Positions 11,347 to 28,400 of a stretch of DNA of 64,000 nucleotides are shown here, one piece after another. A model generated the notes under the pieces. The model did no database searches. It saw only the letters and a program-made list of their open reading frames with translations, and was not told where the DNA came from. How positions within the stretch are numbered: position 1 is the first letter of the stretch; each line of letters starts with the position of its first letter. The position numbers and the translations under genes are program-made. This DNA is from Blasia pusilla (Eukaryota): the NCBI GenBank assembly GCA_050084515.1, contig CM114271.1, positions 46,314,001 to 46,378,000 on the forward strand, read 5' to 3'.

Positions 11347-13063
11347 TATACACATCTCGGACATATCCATCATTCTGTAGGAACTACATCAAGAGGGGGG
11401 CTCAGACATGACATATGCCACCCTCGAGAACAACCACACATACCAACATGGTAGCTGAAGTCCTCGCAGATCCGCACAACATATACCTCAAGCATGTAGG
11501 TACCACTGTCAAGCTTGGATCTACTATCCTGTCCATATTTGAAGGGTGACATGGCGTACAATTACGCACATGATCCTTCCAAACCATATGATCCCGTCCC
11601 TCCAATATGAGGACTCTGATCGTAAATACCTCGCGCATAAGTAGGATGTGCGCCCTGCAGTGACATCTAGCGTCGTGGATATCGCATGCTGTAAATACAC
11701 GTAATCTCCAAGATGAAACCTCCTAATCCCTGGACGAAAACCTCCTCCACGAATGGTCGTGTACCTCAATGTATCCCTATGCTGAGTAATAGCTAAGTTC
11801 TCAAAGGCCATGGGCATAACTCTACGAAAAATCTCCGCCCTCTGAGAACACGCTTATACCCACACATCTGGATCATCAAGATCTAACACCTCTGCCATGT
11901 CACGTTGAATAGATGTAGGTAAATCTAGCTCTCTCCCAAAGAGAAAAAAGTAATGTAAAAATGACGCCAAGGATGGATGCTGACTGAAGGGATATCCCAT
12001 AGCCAACCATGGCAACTATAGGTCCCACTCTCTCAACTGTCCCCGGTCCAAGCCATACTTGTGCAATCCTTTCTTCATTGTCTGTACTACTCTCTCCGCT
12101 AACCCATCCACCTCAAGATGATCTCTGGATGTGGTGTGGTGATCCATCACCGCCTGGTCACATAAGGCTTGAAACTCTCCCTTGAACTTGGTACCCTGGT
12201 CAGTCAACACCTCTACCGGTGCATCAAAATCACTTAGCACACGATCTAGAAATGCATAAGCTATTCACTTGTTTTCCTTGTCCAATAGTGCCACCAACTC
12301 TATCCACTTGGAGCAATGCTCCACCATGACCAACACATATCTATAATGACGCCCCCTCAATGGCAAAGGTCCCGCAAAGTCTAAACTCCACCGATAACCT
12401 AAACCCATAATCAGAAAAGGATGTAAGTGCGGAGTGGGAGCATTGAAGGATGCTCGCACTCTATCACATACCATACATCTGGCCACAAAATCCTGTGCGC
12501 CAGTATGCATGCCGCGCCACCAATATTGAACTTGGAGTAAGATGTAACTACACTTTACTCCAAAATGTCCCAACTCCTCATGGGCATGTTATACTACATG
12601 TGTTTGCTGGGAAGGATGAGGTACCACTCGTATCCTACCATCTTCCCATACCCGCAAAATGTGAGTCCACTCCCACCTGAACCTCCTGGCTCTCTGTGGG
12701 ATCCGATCCCGCTCCCTAGCACTCACTGTGCTTGCTATGGCACTAGTACGCAAGAACTCCACAACCTCCACATCGTCATGGATATCACGACCATCTATCA
12801 TCTCCTCATTGACCTACGGATCCAAAGACTCATCATATGATCCCACCATTGGAGTCACCGCCTATGACTCACCTGCCATAGTCAACCAACAAAGATAGGG
12901 AGATGCATGCCAACTGGGCACCATCTCCTCATCACTCTCTCCATGCCATCGAGCTCCTTTGTTCTCTCTCTGACTCGGACATGGGTTACGACTTAACCCA
13001 TCCGCATCCTCGTTCAGCCGACCTGGCTTGTGAACCACGTCGAACTCATACTCTTGTAGTAAG
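11347..13063 (-). pseudogene. Integrase with C-terminal PHD finger (copy B)
   Basis: GHFG...CMVC, WSLDFAGP, VLTDQG, GLAER; then (Y)MLCGS...MLVC/GCSRGWHMSCLSPPLDVVP...WICPRC before the stop. Confidence 0.88.
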
Positions 13064-16000
13064 TATTGAAGATTGAGTTACAGTCAAGCTCATGAGACAC
13101 CTGAACTGCTACATTTGGTACTCACACGAAGTAGGAAAACTTAATCTTGGTTAGTCACTTAAGCGCAATTATCTTAACTAGGGTTAGTTAATCACAATTA
13201 GTCTAACTCGAGACCATGGTTAAGTTGAGGATAAGGGTTGCTTGTACATACCCTATATAATTGAGAAGGAGACCAGCCTCCACTCATTCTCTCATTGCAA
13301 ATTTCGTTCTCTATGGTGGTGTGTGAGTTGTTTCCCACCAGTTATGCTTCCTTAGAAGTTTTCCACATGGTATAAGAGCGATAGGAGAATATCACTTGAA
13401 ATTCTTGGTGTTTGAGGTGAGAAGAGAGGCAAGAGAAGGCACAATTTCAATTTGGGAGAAGGAAATTTTATTCACAGCTCAGTGGATGCAAATTTTAGGT
13501 GGAGCTTTGCCCATGATAAAACTTTGGAGGCGTTTTTTAAGGCTTTCCTGGTTAATTTAGCCATCTGGGTCCGCAACGGCTAGAATGATGCCAAATTTTG
13601 GTTTTAGCCATCTTATAGAACTCATTGAGAAATTTCCAATGCACCAAACTCACTCGATTCTGACATTTTGAGCTCATGCAGTAGCAATTTCAGTGTAGGA
13701 AAGTGCAATTAGTGAAGAAAAGTTGTGTAGTTTGCTCTATACATGCCAATTTCGACTAGTTCTTTCATACAGTTGATCAATTTTGGAAAAATTTAGGTTG
13801 ATTTTTGTGGAGGAGTAATCTATGCTTCAATTGGAGGAGTAGAGAGCCTGAATTTTTTTTTTTGTGAGTAAAATCGTTCGTCATGGAGTATTCCTTAACA
13901 ACAATCACACGCGAGAAGCTAGATAAGCAGAATTACAATGTCTGGAAGTTTCGCATGAAACAATTTCTCATGGGTCAAGAACTATGGGAGCTTGTCATAG
14001 GTGATGAGGCCAAGCCAGAAGGCGACTCAACAGACTTGAATGTTCGCGCATGAAACAAACACGCAAGGCAAGTAATCCACTACATTTCAATAACGATCAG
14101 TTCGCCAATGACATGTCACATTCTAGATATTGATAGTCTGGAGGAGGCTGGGATGCATTGGAAAAGCTATTCCACACATCTACAAAGGCCAGAAAGCTTC
14201 AATTAAATAAAAATTGAACGAAGTGAGTATATTATATTATATTATGAGTATCAGACATATTGTTGATCAGTTGAATAGCATTGGAGTGAGAGTAGAAGAT
14301 GATGATCTGATTTTGTTCACTCTTTAAGGCCTTCCCAAGGATTCCAAGTCCTTTGAGACCTCTATCTCTGTGAGAGAGAAGTATCCAACCTTTCAAGAGT
14401 TAGTCCCACTGTTAATCAGTGAAGAGATGCGCCTAGTAGGCAGCGGTAGCTCGTCTAGTCTGCAAAAGAGCTCTATTTGCATGTTATGGATCAAACAGAC
14501 GCATGGATCTTGGCAAAAGGCTTCCGTGGACATGGTGGATATCAATCATATGGAGGAAGAGGCACTCCATATAACGTCACACAATCAACTACGAACCAAT
14601 ACCAAACACAATCACAATGTGGTGATGGTGGAAACCGTTGGGGTCGAGGTCAATAGTAGAGGACCCTTGATCTTGCAATTACTGTGGGATAAAGGATCAC
14701 TACGCAAATATTTGCTTCAAGAAGAAGGTAGACATGAGAACACGAGCCTTATAGCAACGAAACTATGTGGAGCAACAATACCAAGAGCAGTACCAAGAAC
14801 AACAACATTCACAAACGGAGCATCTCTTGGTTATGACTCATCATATTGGAGCAATGGTCAAGAAAGACTCGACATCAGATTGGTACATTGACTCTGGCGC
14901 TTCAAATCATATGATCTCACAAGCTTAGTGGTTCAGTAGTTTGAAGCCGATGAAAGATCCTGCAATTGTGCTCACATGAGATGACACTCAACATCACATC
15001 ACGCATACGGATAAAGTTCCAATGGCATCATATGGTTTTTGTGCTCTTGGAAATGTTCTCTATGTTCCTACCATTGCAAGAAAGCTGATCTTTGTAGGAC
15101 AGATAGTAGAACAGGGTTGTCAAGTGAAGTTTAACATAGATGGTTATTCATTGAAACAATAACCAAAGGAACTAGATGTGGCAGAATGTTCAAATTAGAT
15201 ATTTCTATGCCAAAGATTCAAACATCTATGTATGGTCAAACCGGCCTACAAGTCACAGATCTAAATGTGTGGCATGAAAGAATTGGACATATGAATCTTC
15301 AAAGATTACAGAGGCTTTCATCATCTAATATAGTAATAGGACTCCCTAAATTAGCGAGTCCTATTACGTTAGAGGTATGTACTACTTGCCAATTTGGAAA
15401 ACAAGCTAGATTTCCTTTTCCAAAGCAAGGTAGAAGAGTTGGAGTTGATCCAGAGTGATGTGTGGACAACCTCACAACATAGCCTTAGTGGTTGGTAGTA
15501 CTTTGTTTCATTTATTGATGACTTCTCTAGTTATATATGGGTATACTTTCTGAAAGCAAACTCAGAGGTATTCTCAGTGTTCCAAACAGTCAGAGTTCCA
15601 GTACAGAAGCAAACTAGAGAACACATTCTGAAATTGTGTTATGATGGAGGAGGAAAGTATCTTTCAACAGAGTTTGATGACTATTTACGTCAGAATGACG
15701 TCCAACGTCAAGTAACTTGTTATTACATTCGATAATAAAATGGAGTGGCTGAGAGGAAGAATCGACCTATTGCTGAAGGGATACAAGTTGTGTTGAATGA
15801 GAAGAACATGCCTAAGGTGTATTGGGCAGAGGCTGTAGCATGTGCAATCTTCTTAATCAAGTGAACTCCAACAACAAGAGTTCATGATAAAAGCCCATTC
15901 GAAGTCTTCACAGGAAGTAAACCTCATTTCTCCTTCTTGAAAGTATTTGGCATTATTTGGTATGCTCATGTTCCTTCTGAGGGACATCAGAAATTAGACC

Positions 16001-17888
16001 CCTAGTCTGAAAGATGTATCTTCATTGGCTATGCTGATGAACTAAGGGATATACGTGCTACTTATTATGAATCCTGATGTTGTCTTTGATGAGCTTAAGT
16101 CATGGTATGCTCCATCTGAGCCTATTCCACCTCTAAACTCGTCTATTGAGGGAGAGAATATGATTGTAATCCAAAAGATCAAGCGAAATGAAGATGGTAC
16201 AATTAACAAATACAAAGCGAGATTGGTGGCTAAGGGCTATGCACAACAATCGATTATGAGGAAACATTTAGCCATGTTGCAAAGATGGCGACTACAAGAA
16301 TAGTGGTTGTAGTTGCTGTAAGTAAGAAGTGGAGATTACATCACATAAAGGTCAAGAATGCCTTCTTGAATGGAGATCTATACGAGGAGGTATGTATGAC
16401 TCAACCACCAAGATACAAGCATCCCAAATTTCCATTTTGCGTGTGCAGGTTGAAGAAAGCTCTATACGAGCTCAAACAAGCTCTTAGAGTTTGGTATGGC
16501 AAGATTACGTATGTCCTAAAAGAGTTGGGTTTTAGGGTATGTGATTTTGATCCTCGTTATATGTCTTGAGAGGACAAGATCATATGGTTCTCATTATGTT
16601 GTATGATGACGATCTCTTGATTACTGGGAATACTGAAGAAATGGTACAACAAGTCAAGCTTAAGTTACAAGCAGAATTTGATAAGAAGGACTTGGGAGAA
16701 CTCAAGTATTTCCTTGGTATTGAGTTTATCAAGGTTGGAGAGAGTATATGGTTACTATAACAACATTATGCCCTTCATATGCTTTCAAAATTTGGTATGA
16801 TGGCTTGTAAGCCAATCTCTACACCGTTGGACCAGAGTGTGAAGCTAAGAGTGGATGAAGGAGAGTTGCTTGCAGATTCTAATTTGTACAAGTGCATGGT
16901 TGGAAGTTTGATCTATCTAACTATATCTAGACGAGATTTGAGCTATGTTGTTGGCCTAGTGAGCCAATTTATGCAAGCACCTCGAAAATCTCACGTGGAT
17001 GCTGTGAGGAGGATTATGCCATATATGAAATTCTCTATTCAATTCGGGCTTCAATTTGAAATAATACCCTAATACTTCTCTGAGTTTTCAATTATAGGGA
17101 TTCACAGATGTTGATTGGGAAGGAAGCGTATCGGATCAACACTCTACATCTGGTTATTCATTAACTTTGGGAAGCCCAACTATAAGTTGGGCTTCAAAGA
17201 AGCAACCTACAGTTGCTTTATCTTCAACAGAGGCTGAGTACAGAGGAGCAACCAATGCAGCATGTGAGGCAATGTGGCTTCATCGATTACTTGTTGAGAT
17301 TGATGTTAGTAACTTAGGATCTAGTGTAATATAAACAGAAAATATTAGTAGCATCAAGCTTGCTAAAAAGCCTATGTTTCATGCTCGTACAAAGCATGTT
17401 GAGGTGCACTATCATTTTATCAGAGAAAAAGTGCTTGCAAGAGAAATTAATCTTGTGTATATAGGTACATATCAGCAAATTGCTCACATCTTTACAAAGG
17501 CATTATCGAGAGATAAGTTTGAGATGTTTAGAAATGATTTAGCCGTTAGAGATATCGATATGAGCTTGAGGGGTAGTATTGAAGATTGAGTTACAATCAA
17601 GCTCATGAGACACCTGAACTGCTACATTTGGTACTCACACGAAGTAGGGAAGCTTAATCTTGGTTAGACACTTAAGCGCGATCATCTTAACTAGGGTTAG
17701 TTAATCACAATTAGTCTAACTCGAGACTATGGTTAAGTTTAGAGTTATGGTTTCTTTTACATATCCTATATAATTGAGAAGGGGACCAGCCTCCACTCAT
17801 TCTCTCATTGAAAATTTTGTTCTCCATGGTGGGATGTGAGTATGAAAATCGTTTTCCACCTGTTATGCTTCTTTAGCAGTTTTCCACA
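13064..17888 (+). mobile_element. Ty1/Copia LTR retrotransposon with both LTRs, degenerate
   Basis: LTRs 13064-13367 and 17577-17888; PBS TGGTATAAGAGC 13368-13379; PPT GAGGGGTAG; TSD GTAAG/ATAAG. gag, WYIDSGAS protease, WHERIGH integrase, YKARLVAKG and LYDDD RT, FHARTKHVEVHYHFIRE RNase H. Confidence 0.96.
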
Positions 17889-17950
17889 ATAAGGGAGCCC
17901 ACTGAGCAAGCTTTCCCATAAGCTTGTCGGACTCCATCAACCACCTCAAC

Positions 17951-19127
17951 TGTCGCGACCCTCATGACCAAACAAGTGCCAAGCGGAACATCGGAACATT
18001 AGCGCGCTCACGCTAAGATGGTTTGCGCGTTGGAGTTGTCTCAAAGAGGAGATAAGAGACGAGACGCGAGCGAGGAGTCACGTTTCAAGTGTTATGGTTG
18101 CGACTGAGAAACCTGGACCAAACGCGAAATGAGACTTGAAAGAAGTAGAGTCTAGGAAGTGGGTTGCCAAAAGGAAGATCCGGATTTGGAACGCCACTAG
18201 CGTTTGAGAGTTTCCGACTGTATTTATGGCCATAACTTTTAGCACCAAGATGCGTTTGGAGCAAATAAGGGTGCGTTGGAAATCTTATAGAGAGACGGTC
18301 CAAACGCACTAAAGATCGTTGCAAACGCATAAGTAGCGTCCGAGATACAACCCGAAAACGACTGTAAGTAGAGTCGGGTTGAGGGCCACAATGAAGGGCC
18401 CGACCCTCTTTTCCCAAAGGGGAGGGGTTATTGGAGAACCCCAGAAGTACTAGTAAGGGGGAAGGTCTCCGAGAGTGCTTGGAACCCAAACCCCACTTTG
18501 GGCGCCACGGGGCGGCTCAAGGGCATGGAACGGAACGCGAGTTTGGGCGTTGGGTTGGAAAACCTACACCAAGTCCATTGAGGCGATTTTAGACATCCCT
18601 CTTGGATTTCACACCGCGACTCAATTACTTGGGTCTCGGTTCGAAACTCACCCGAGGACCGTTGAACTGTTGGGATCGCTAGGCGCGCAAGGGCCGTTTT
18701 AGATCCCTGGACTAACCAGGAAGTTTGTTCCAAGTCTTGAAGGACTTGCCATGTTTTGGAAGCTAGGAACTAAGGAAGGTTGAGCTTGATGAGACGCCGA
18801 GTTGAGGACTCGGTGGGTTGGGACTCCGGTTGCCCAAACCCGACTAACCAGAGTGCGTGTTTGGGAGGAGATCGGCGATGAGTTCGTGACCTACTGAACG
18901 CACGCTTCCGCAACACTAAAGATTGACGTTCAAGGAGAGTAGGGGCGCGACAAGTGGTATCAGAGCTAATCCTTGGTGAGCGAGAACTTGGGGTCGTGGG
19001 ATCAGCCGGACGCTTGGGAAATTTCAAGGTAGCGGCTAGACTCGGACGCTCGAGGAGTTCGTGACCTACTGAACGCACACTTCCGCAACACTAAAGATTG
19101 ACGTTCAAGGAGAGTAGGGGCGCGACA
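17951..19127 (+). mobile_element. Internally deleted LTR retrotransposon (one full LTR, PBS, and the tip of the second LTR)
   Basis: TGTCGCG...CGCGACA termini; perfect TCAAC TSD (17946-17950 and 19128-19132); PBS TGGTATCAGAGC 18955-18966; 18880-18952 repeated at 19055-19127. Confidence 0.93.
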
Positions 19128-19527
19128 TCAACCATTGATGATAAGTGATAAGTGTGAAAGGGTTTGTGAATAGATAGCACTTGAAATGTGGCACGGCCCA
19201 CAGTGTAGCCAAGCACTCTCCCTCGTAGGAGTTGTACTTTGCCTCTGCAATGTTGTTCGATCGGCTTGCGTAAGCCACAACAAACTCCCTCTCCTCGTCA
19301 TCTCTCTGAGTAAGCATTGCTCTTAGTTCCAACATGCTCCAATCTGTATGCAACTGGAATGGACCACCCCTAATGGGTTTTTGTAAAATGGATGAGGACG
19401 TCAACATGTCCTTGAGCTCCTAAAGTGCTCGCTCCTGATCATCTCCTCATAACCAAACTTGATCAAGTCTTGTCAATAAGGTCAAAAACTTCGCGATCAC
19501 ACTAAATGCCTTGACATATCGTCGATA
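19128..19527 (-). pseudogene. RNase H and RT C-terminus of DNMT-Gypsy copy B
   Basis: PFQLHTDWS...VVAYASRSN; continues collinearly at 17889-17950 and left of 13063. Confidence 0.9.
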
Positions 19528-22500
19528 CACTAGAAGAAATCCTTAGTTTTAGGACTAAGACATATGACTCATACAAGTCATAATTTACATTCCACGAATG
19601 GCAATGACTAACGACTACTTTAGACACAAAAGCCAAGGCATATTTGTCTCGCGACTAGGCTAACTAAGATGGTCGGCTTAGGTGGACGTTGGTACATGAC
19701 TAGAGGGTGTAGTCATGAGGCCACGACTGACACGTCACTTTGATCATATGGAATAATGGCATTTCAACGCATGATGTGGACTAATTTTTGTGATATGGCA
19801 CTGATGATGTGGAGTATGGAAGACAACTCGTGTAGTCGTATCTAGGATATCCGTGTTGTTACCACCAATGACTACCACAGTCATGTTTAGTCATGTAAAA
19901 GTACATTGTATCGAATGACAATATAACAAGTGTACCACATGGGTGAGGAAGCCACTTGGTGGTAATAGTCCTGCCTCCATCAGTCATCAAATTTTCGGAT
20001 TCAGTCATAGTTCACAACTCGTGTAGTCATATCAATTTTTTCCACTACTTTAATTCACTCACGTTGTCATGTTTAGTCACTCGCCGAGTAGTGACACATG
20101 ACTAGGGTAGAAGGCCCTACAACTAGTGTAGACATGACAATACGGTTGTACGTAGGACATAATGAGTCCTATAGTCATTGCAATAGGACTGCATGAGTCA
20201 TGTTTAGTGATTAGGTAGGAATGATACCTCACTATACCAGTGATATTGATATGACTCGTAGTGATTGTAGATTTATTTTATTTTTGGAGTTTTTGATGAG
20301 TTTATTACTATCTTTTGAAAGGTCTTTCACTTGTAATTGGATATGAATTGCTAAAATCCTTGTGTCCATTTCTGTTTGAATTGCAACCCCATATCATAGA
20401 CATCAACATATGAATGTCTTAAAAGTAAAGTCTACTATCAGAATTGATTCTCATATCCAACAAACCAGATGTCTTAAGCCAATAAAGTCACCTCAAAAGA
20501 GAAGTCTATGCACCTCAGGTAGTTTTGTGCCAAAAAGAAAATTTACTCTACTACATCACCTTCCTCATATGCATCTTTGGCCAGACCATGCTCGATCCAA
20601 GAGCATCACCAAATGTTTCTTGTGCGGGTTCATCAATCAAATTTAGCATTCATAGGGCATGTTTATGCTAAAATACTTCATTGAGATCAACCCTAACCAT
20701 GCCTGGTGGGATATCCTTGGCATGGAACTTGTCTCTTCCGCCAAAACTTTATATGAACCCTGATCCTCGATTCGTAGCTACAAGAATACAAAGAACAAGC
20801 ACTTAGTTCCAATCCAAAATTTTCTCCCATGCATGTACACCATAAATCTGAAAATAATCTGCTATGAATTACCTGTGTGAATACCATCCTCATTTCGGAA
20901 GATCATGTGAAAAGTTGATAAGTCCTAGATGACCATGTAACTGTCCACAACAATTAACATCAGTGTCGTCATTTGAACCTTGAATGGATGAGGCCATTGT
21001 AGGCGAGAGAAGTTACCTTGGTTCTTTTCTTGGATGAGTCGGATCTGATTTCACTATCCTGCTCATTTGCTACATCACAGTGGAGCCTAGACTTCTGTCT
21101 TTTGGCTGGTGATCATTTAGCTTGGTTGTCCATACTCAAGTTTTCTGCACACAATTGTCATACAATTCTGTAAGATAAAATGTCCACTATTTTTTTGATG
21201 GATAGAAAATTGTGCAAATGAACCATTCAATATGTCAAGATCCCATGCTTACGAGTATTCCTAGTTTTATCATCCCCAACACTTTCCGTGGAGCTTCTCC
21301 TCTTGGTGCTCTGTTCTGGCCCTTCTGTAAGGAATCAAAGTCGACCAAGATGAGTTAGAATATTATGTACTTAACTACAATAAGTAATTGTATTACAAGT
21401 TCCTAGGTTTGATGAAGCAAAACAAAGCTCCTTACCACTAGATTGCCTAGTTGCTATTGCCTCCTTATGTGTTGAGATCTTCCTCTTCCCTGGTTGAGCT
21501 ATTCTCGCTTCAGAAGTTGGTGGATGTTCAACAACGACTGAAAGTTACCAAACTCAAAAGAAGATATTTGAGAAGATCAACAAGTGATATTCACTAAAAA
21601 TGACAGACGAAAGGCAAGGAAGAAATAGAAAGGGAATCTTTACATTGAATGGTGAGTTACTTGATGTTCTCTTCTCTTCCCCTGTTGCGGATGATAGGGA
21701 ACAGGATGGTGGGTTAGGGGAAATCTGTTGTGGTGTAGAAGACAAGTCCTTGGAGGTGAGCTTTGACACCATTTCCATCAGTACACCTAATGCTTTGTTC
21801 TGCCATTCCATCTGCAACTTCACATCATCCAAATCTGCACTCCACTTCTTCTCCACCTCCTCTAGCTGAATAGTAACTCTGGATTCCACAATCTGCATGA
21901 ATAGACCACATATTAGGTCAGAGAATAGGAGCTATAATTCTGCTACAATACAACCAAATTCAACCTATGATACTCACTCCTTCAACCGTGACATTCAGAT
22001 GGGTTACAACAATAGTAAGCTTGTAAATATACCAGTGAACTGAATTGTGTAAAACCTAGTTGTTTGGGCAGGTCTTCTCTCTCCATTGATTCTATCCCTC
22101 TGCCCAAGGATCCTTTGGACACACGTGGCACTTGCACATGCACCTTAGAAAAACTTGAATCTTAATTTCACATGTATTTAAGGGTTGAATGCAAGCAAGG
22201 AAATGAGCCAATAATCAAAATATTATCATATTACTCATGAACATTATCATAAAAACTAGGGAATGCCAAGATGACTTACATCAAGTCCATCTAGACCTAC
22301 TCGACCGGAGTAATTTAAAGTTTGGAACTTGGCCCTTGCTCCAGCCATCTTTTCTGCCTTCGTTTTGCCCTCCTCAGAAAGCTAATAATCTACTAATCAT
22401 GCCCATGACTCCTCATCGATATCAGGGTGACACGGGACAGTGCAATGTGCCCCATGTAGTGTCCAATAGTTCTTTACATTGTGTTATTTTCTTCTTCATG

Positions 22501-24200
22501 AAATCGAGAGAAAGTGATGGTGCACCCATATAGGTGTATGCCTCAACAATGTGATTTTGGATTGCAGCCATGATGATAGCATTCTGTTTACTAATCTCAA
22601 TGCATGACAAGTACAAGTACCTCATTGCCCATACCTTCAATTCATTTAGCGAAGGCTCATAACCTGGCACTTTATGCGATGGAACACCATTAGGCATGAG
22701 TTCGCATCTAGGTTTTAAATTTTTCTCCTTCCTCATGGAGACATTGCGTGCCCATAAGTCACGCTTTGTGCAACTCCTCTGTTCTCCTACAAGTGAAGAC
22801 ACCACCACTCCATTTCATGATGTCAGAATGAAGTAAGGACTTGTGAGAACTCACTATATTGGAATCTCGTTTAACTAAATACACCCTATTACTAATTCAG
22901 AATCTATCAAAATCTATAATACATGGATTATGAACTTTGCATATACAACGCAAAAATACATAATATGCACTAAGAAAATCACCCCATGATTTCTCAAAAC
23001 CATGCCAGAAACTCTGTCTCATCAAAATCCGACCAACATAATCATTTTTGAAATATGAAATTCAAACCAAACAATGCAGGAGCCAAACGAACACACAAGA
23101 GATCTTAAAATGCAAAGCAAGCAACTGTGGAAAATTGATATTAGACAACCAAGTAGACTAAACCAAGTAGACTGCAAAATTGTATACTAAATATTTGAGG
23201 TGCTACTTAAACATGTATGTGAGATTATGGGCAAATGTTTTTGGCTATAAAACCAAGAACGGAACAACTATCATCTGCAAAGAAAGAAGTAATATCTCAA
23301 AACTATAAACTTGGACCATTTTATGAGCCATTTGATCAAATATGTGTTGTACTCACACTAGGAACTAGAACCTATAAAAATTGGTCTAAATTTGGAACCA
23401 ATAAACTATCTTTTGCATAAGGGGAAGTAATATCTCAAAATCTCAAAGTCACCGCCGATAAACGATCCATTTGATCAAAGATCTGGTGTACTTACACCAG
23501 GAACTACAACCTATAAAAACTAGTCTAAAACAGAGCACCATGACAATTTTGGAAACCATAAACTCTTACTCAACAAGAGCGGAGCCACACTGAACATATA
23601 GATGAATTTAAAGTGTAAAGCATGCAGCCTAGAAAATATAGTATCAAACAACCATCAAGAAAAATATACCTCAAATAAAACTGTATACTAAACAATCCAT
23701 TAGCCAACTAAAACATAGAAGTTATGTGATATGCAAAACGGTACATCTATCAAATCTGGAAAGTACCAAGTATCATTTGCATATGGAGAAGTAATTAGCC
23801 TATATAACCTATACTTTGACAACCATCACCTAATATCTGAAAATCAGAAAGTCAGTCTCATCCATCTAGAACATTGAACCTTCATGTGTTATGAAGTAGA
23901 AAACTAGAGCTTGTAAAATCTGTACTACATAGAAGAAATAACATTTTTCTACATCACAAACTTGGACCATTTTATGAGCCATTTGATCATAGATCAAGTG
24001 TACTCAGACATGGAAGTACAACCTATAAAATCTAGTATGAAATCTGTTCTCTATGGAGCACCATACCATCCTTCTAAATCAAGACCTTTGAGAGTTACTT
24101 ATGTAGGGGCCACTTTATCATATATCTGGTTGACGATTAATGGAGTAACAGAAATCACAAACACTAACTAAACAATGTAGGAGCCATTTGAACATTCAAA
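19528..24200. mobile_element. CACTA (En/Spm) DNA transposon, one terminus visible, right boundary unknown
   Basis: CACTAGAAGAAAT begins exactly where RT homology stops. Dense CATGACT/AGTCATG subterminal repeats in both orientations run to about 20260; internal degenerate repeats at 23280-24060. Confidence 0.8.
20550..22810 (-). pseudogene. Intron-containing TnpA-like accessory gene remnant of the CACTA element
   Basis: C-terminal DKFHAKDIPPGMVRVDL...ETFGDALGSSMVWP resembles the Tnp1/En/Spm-associated domain; a coiled-coil-like exon near 21700-21900. Recognised by eye. Confidence 0.5.
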
Positions 24201-24753
24201 TGACATCAGACAACGAGCATGTCATCTCCCTAAAGCCAAGAATGTAGAATGTAGGCATAGAAGTGATGTATATGTGCTAAAATTACTGCCTATAAACTAC
24301 CTAGGTATCATCACTCAATAGTCGGTAATATAGACTCTATAATCATTTGAACATAAGTGAATGCTAAAAAGGGAGCAAAGGGAGCAACCAAACGAGCCTT
24401 TTCCAAGGCCGAAAGCTAGTGGCTACTCAATCACGGATGCCTTCAACTCCGACAAGGCTAGTACCCATCGAATCTGCCCTCTTACTACCAAAATCCTATC
24501 AAACTGTGCTCGATAAAATTTTGCAATCAATAAAAACATGTCTAGGTTCTCTCCATTGTGCACAGTTACATGTAGAAGCACATGCTTGTGGTGTCACATT
24601 CTCTGATGGGCTAGGTGTGGCGCACAAGTGGGATCTACTGCGATACAATTGGTCATCTGGATTCCCGCTGGTCAATGGAGGCGCCAAAGGTGTTGGAGGC
24701 CACGGTTGGGATGGCCCCTGTCCCTTGTATCCACAAATAAATGCAAGTGATGA

Positions 24754-27921
<3,168 letters not shown>

Positions 27922-28400
27922 TGATGTGTGTAGCAGGGCGCGCGCTATCAATGTTCTAGGACATTGCGGTCAAAGATGTTTCTTCTTAGAATGAGGCGAA
28001 GAGAGAAAGTACAAGAGAGAAAATATGATACCTGAACCGCAAGTGTTTTTTGAAACCGATCGGGAAACACAGAATGCGGGAATGTGGAGGGTCTGAACCC
28101 TATGGAAACACAAAGGAGCAAAAGTGAACCCGGAGAGCCCGGTCTGACACAACAAGCCACCAAGGACTAAACATGCCACATCAACTTAGGATGTTACAAG
28201 CAATGCCCCCTAGGATCCAACTGACTACAAGAGAGCCCTTTCATAATGAGGATGGGCAAACAAAGTTGTCTAGTTTTCACCCTCAACATCAAATCGACTT
28301 GGTTATAATCAAGAGTATGAACTACGCATCCTAGTGTTCTATCGCATTGTCCATCGGCAAACAGATCGTGACGCGGCATAGATGGCACAATGATTTGTAA

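Noticed and set aside
19560-20260. Many short recurring motifs that could suggest a CRISPR-like array
   Set aside because: Short, irregularly spaced, in both orientations and adjacent to a CACTA terminus; these are subterminal repeats in eukaryotic DNA.
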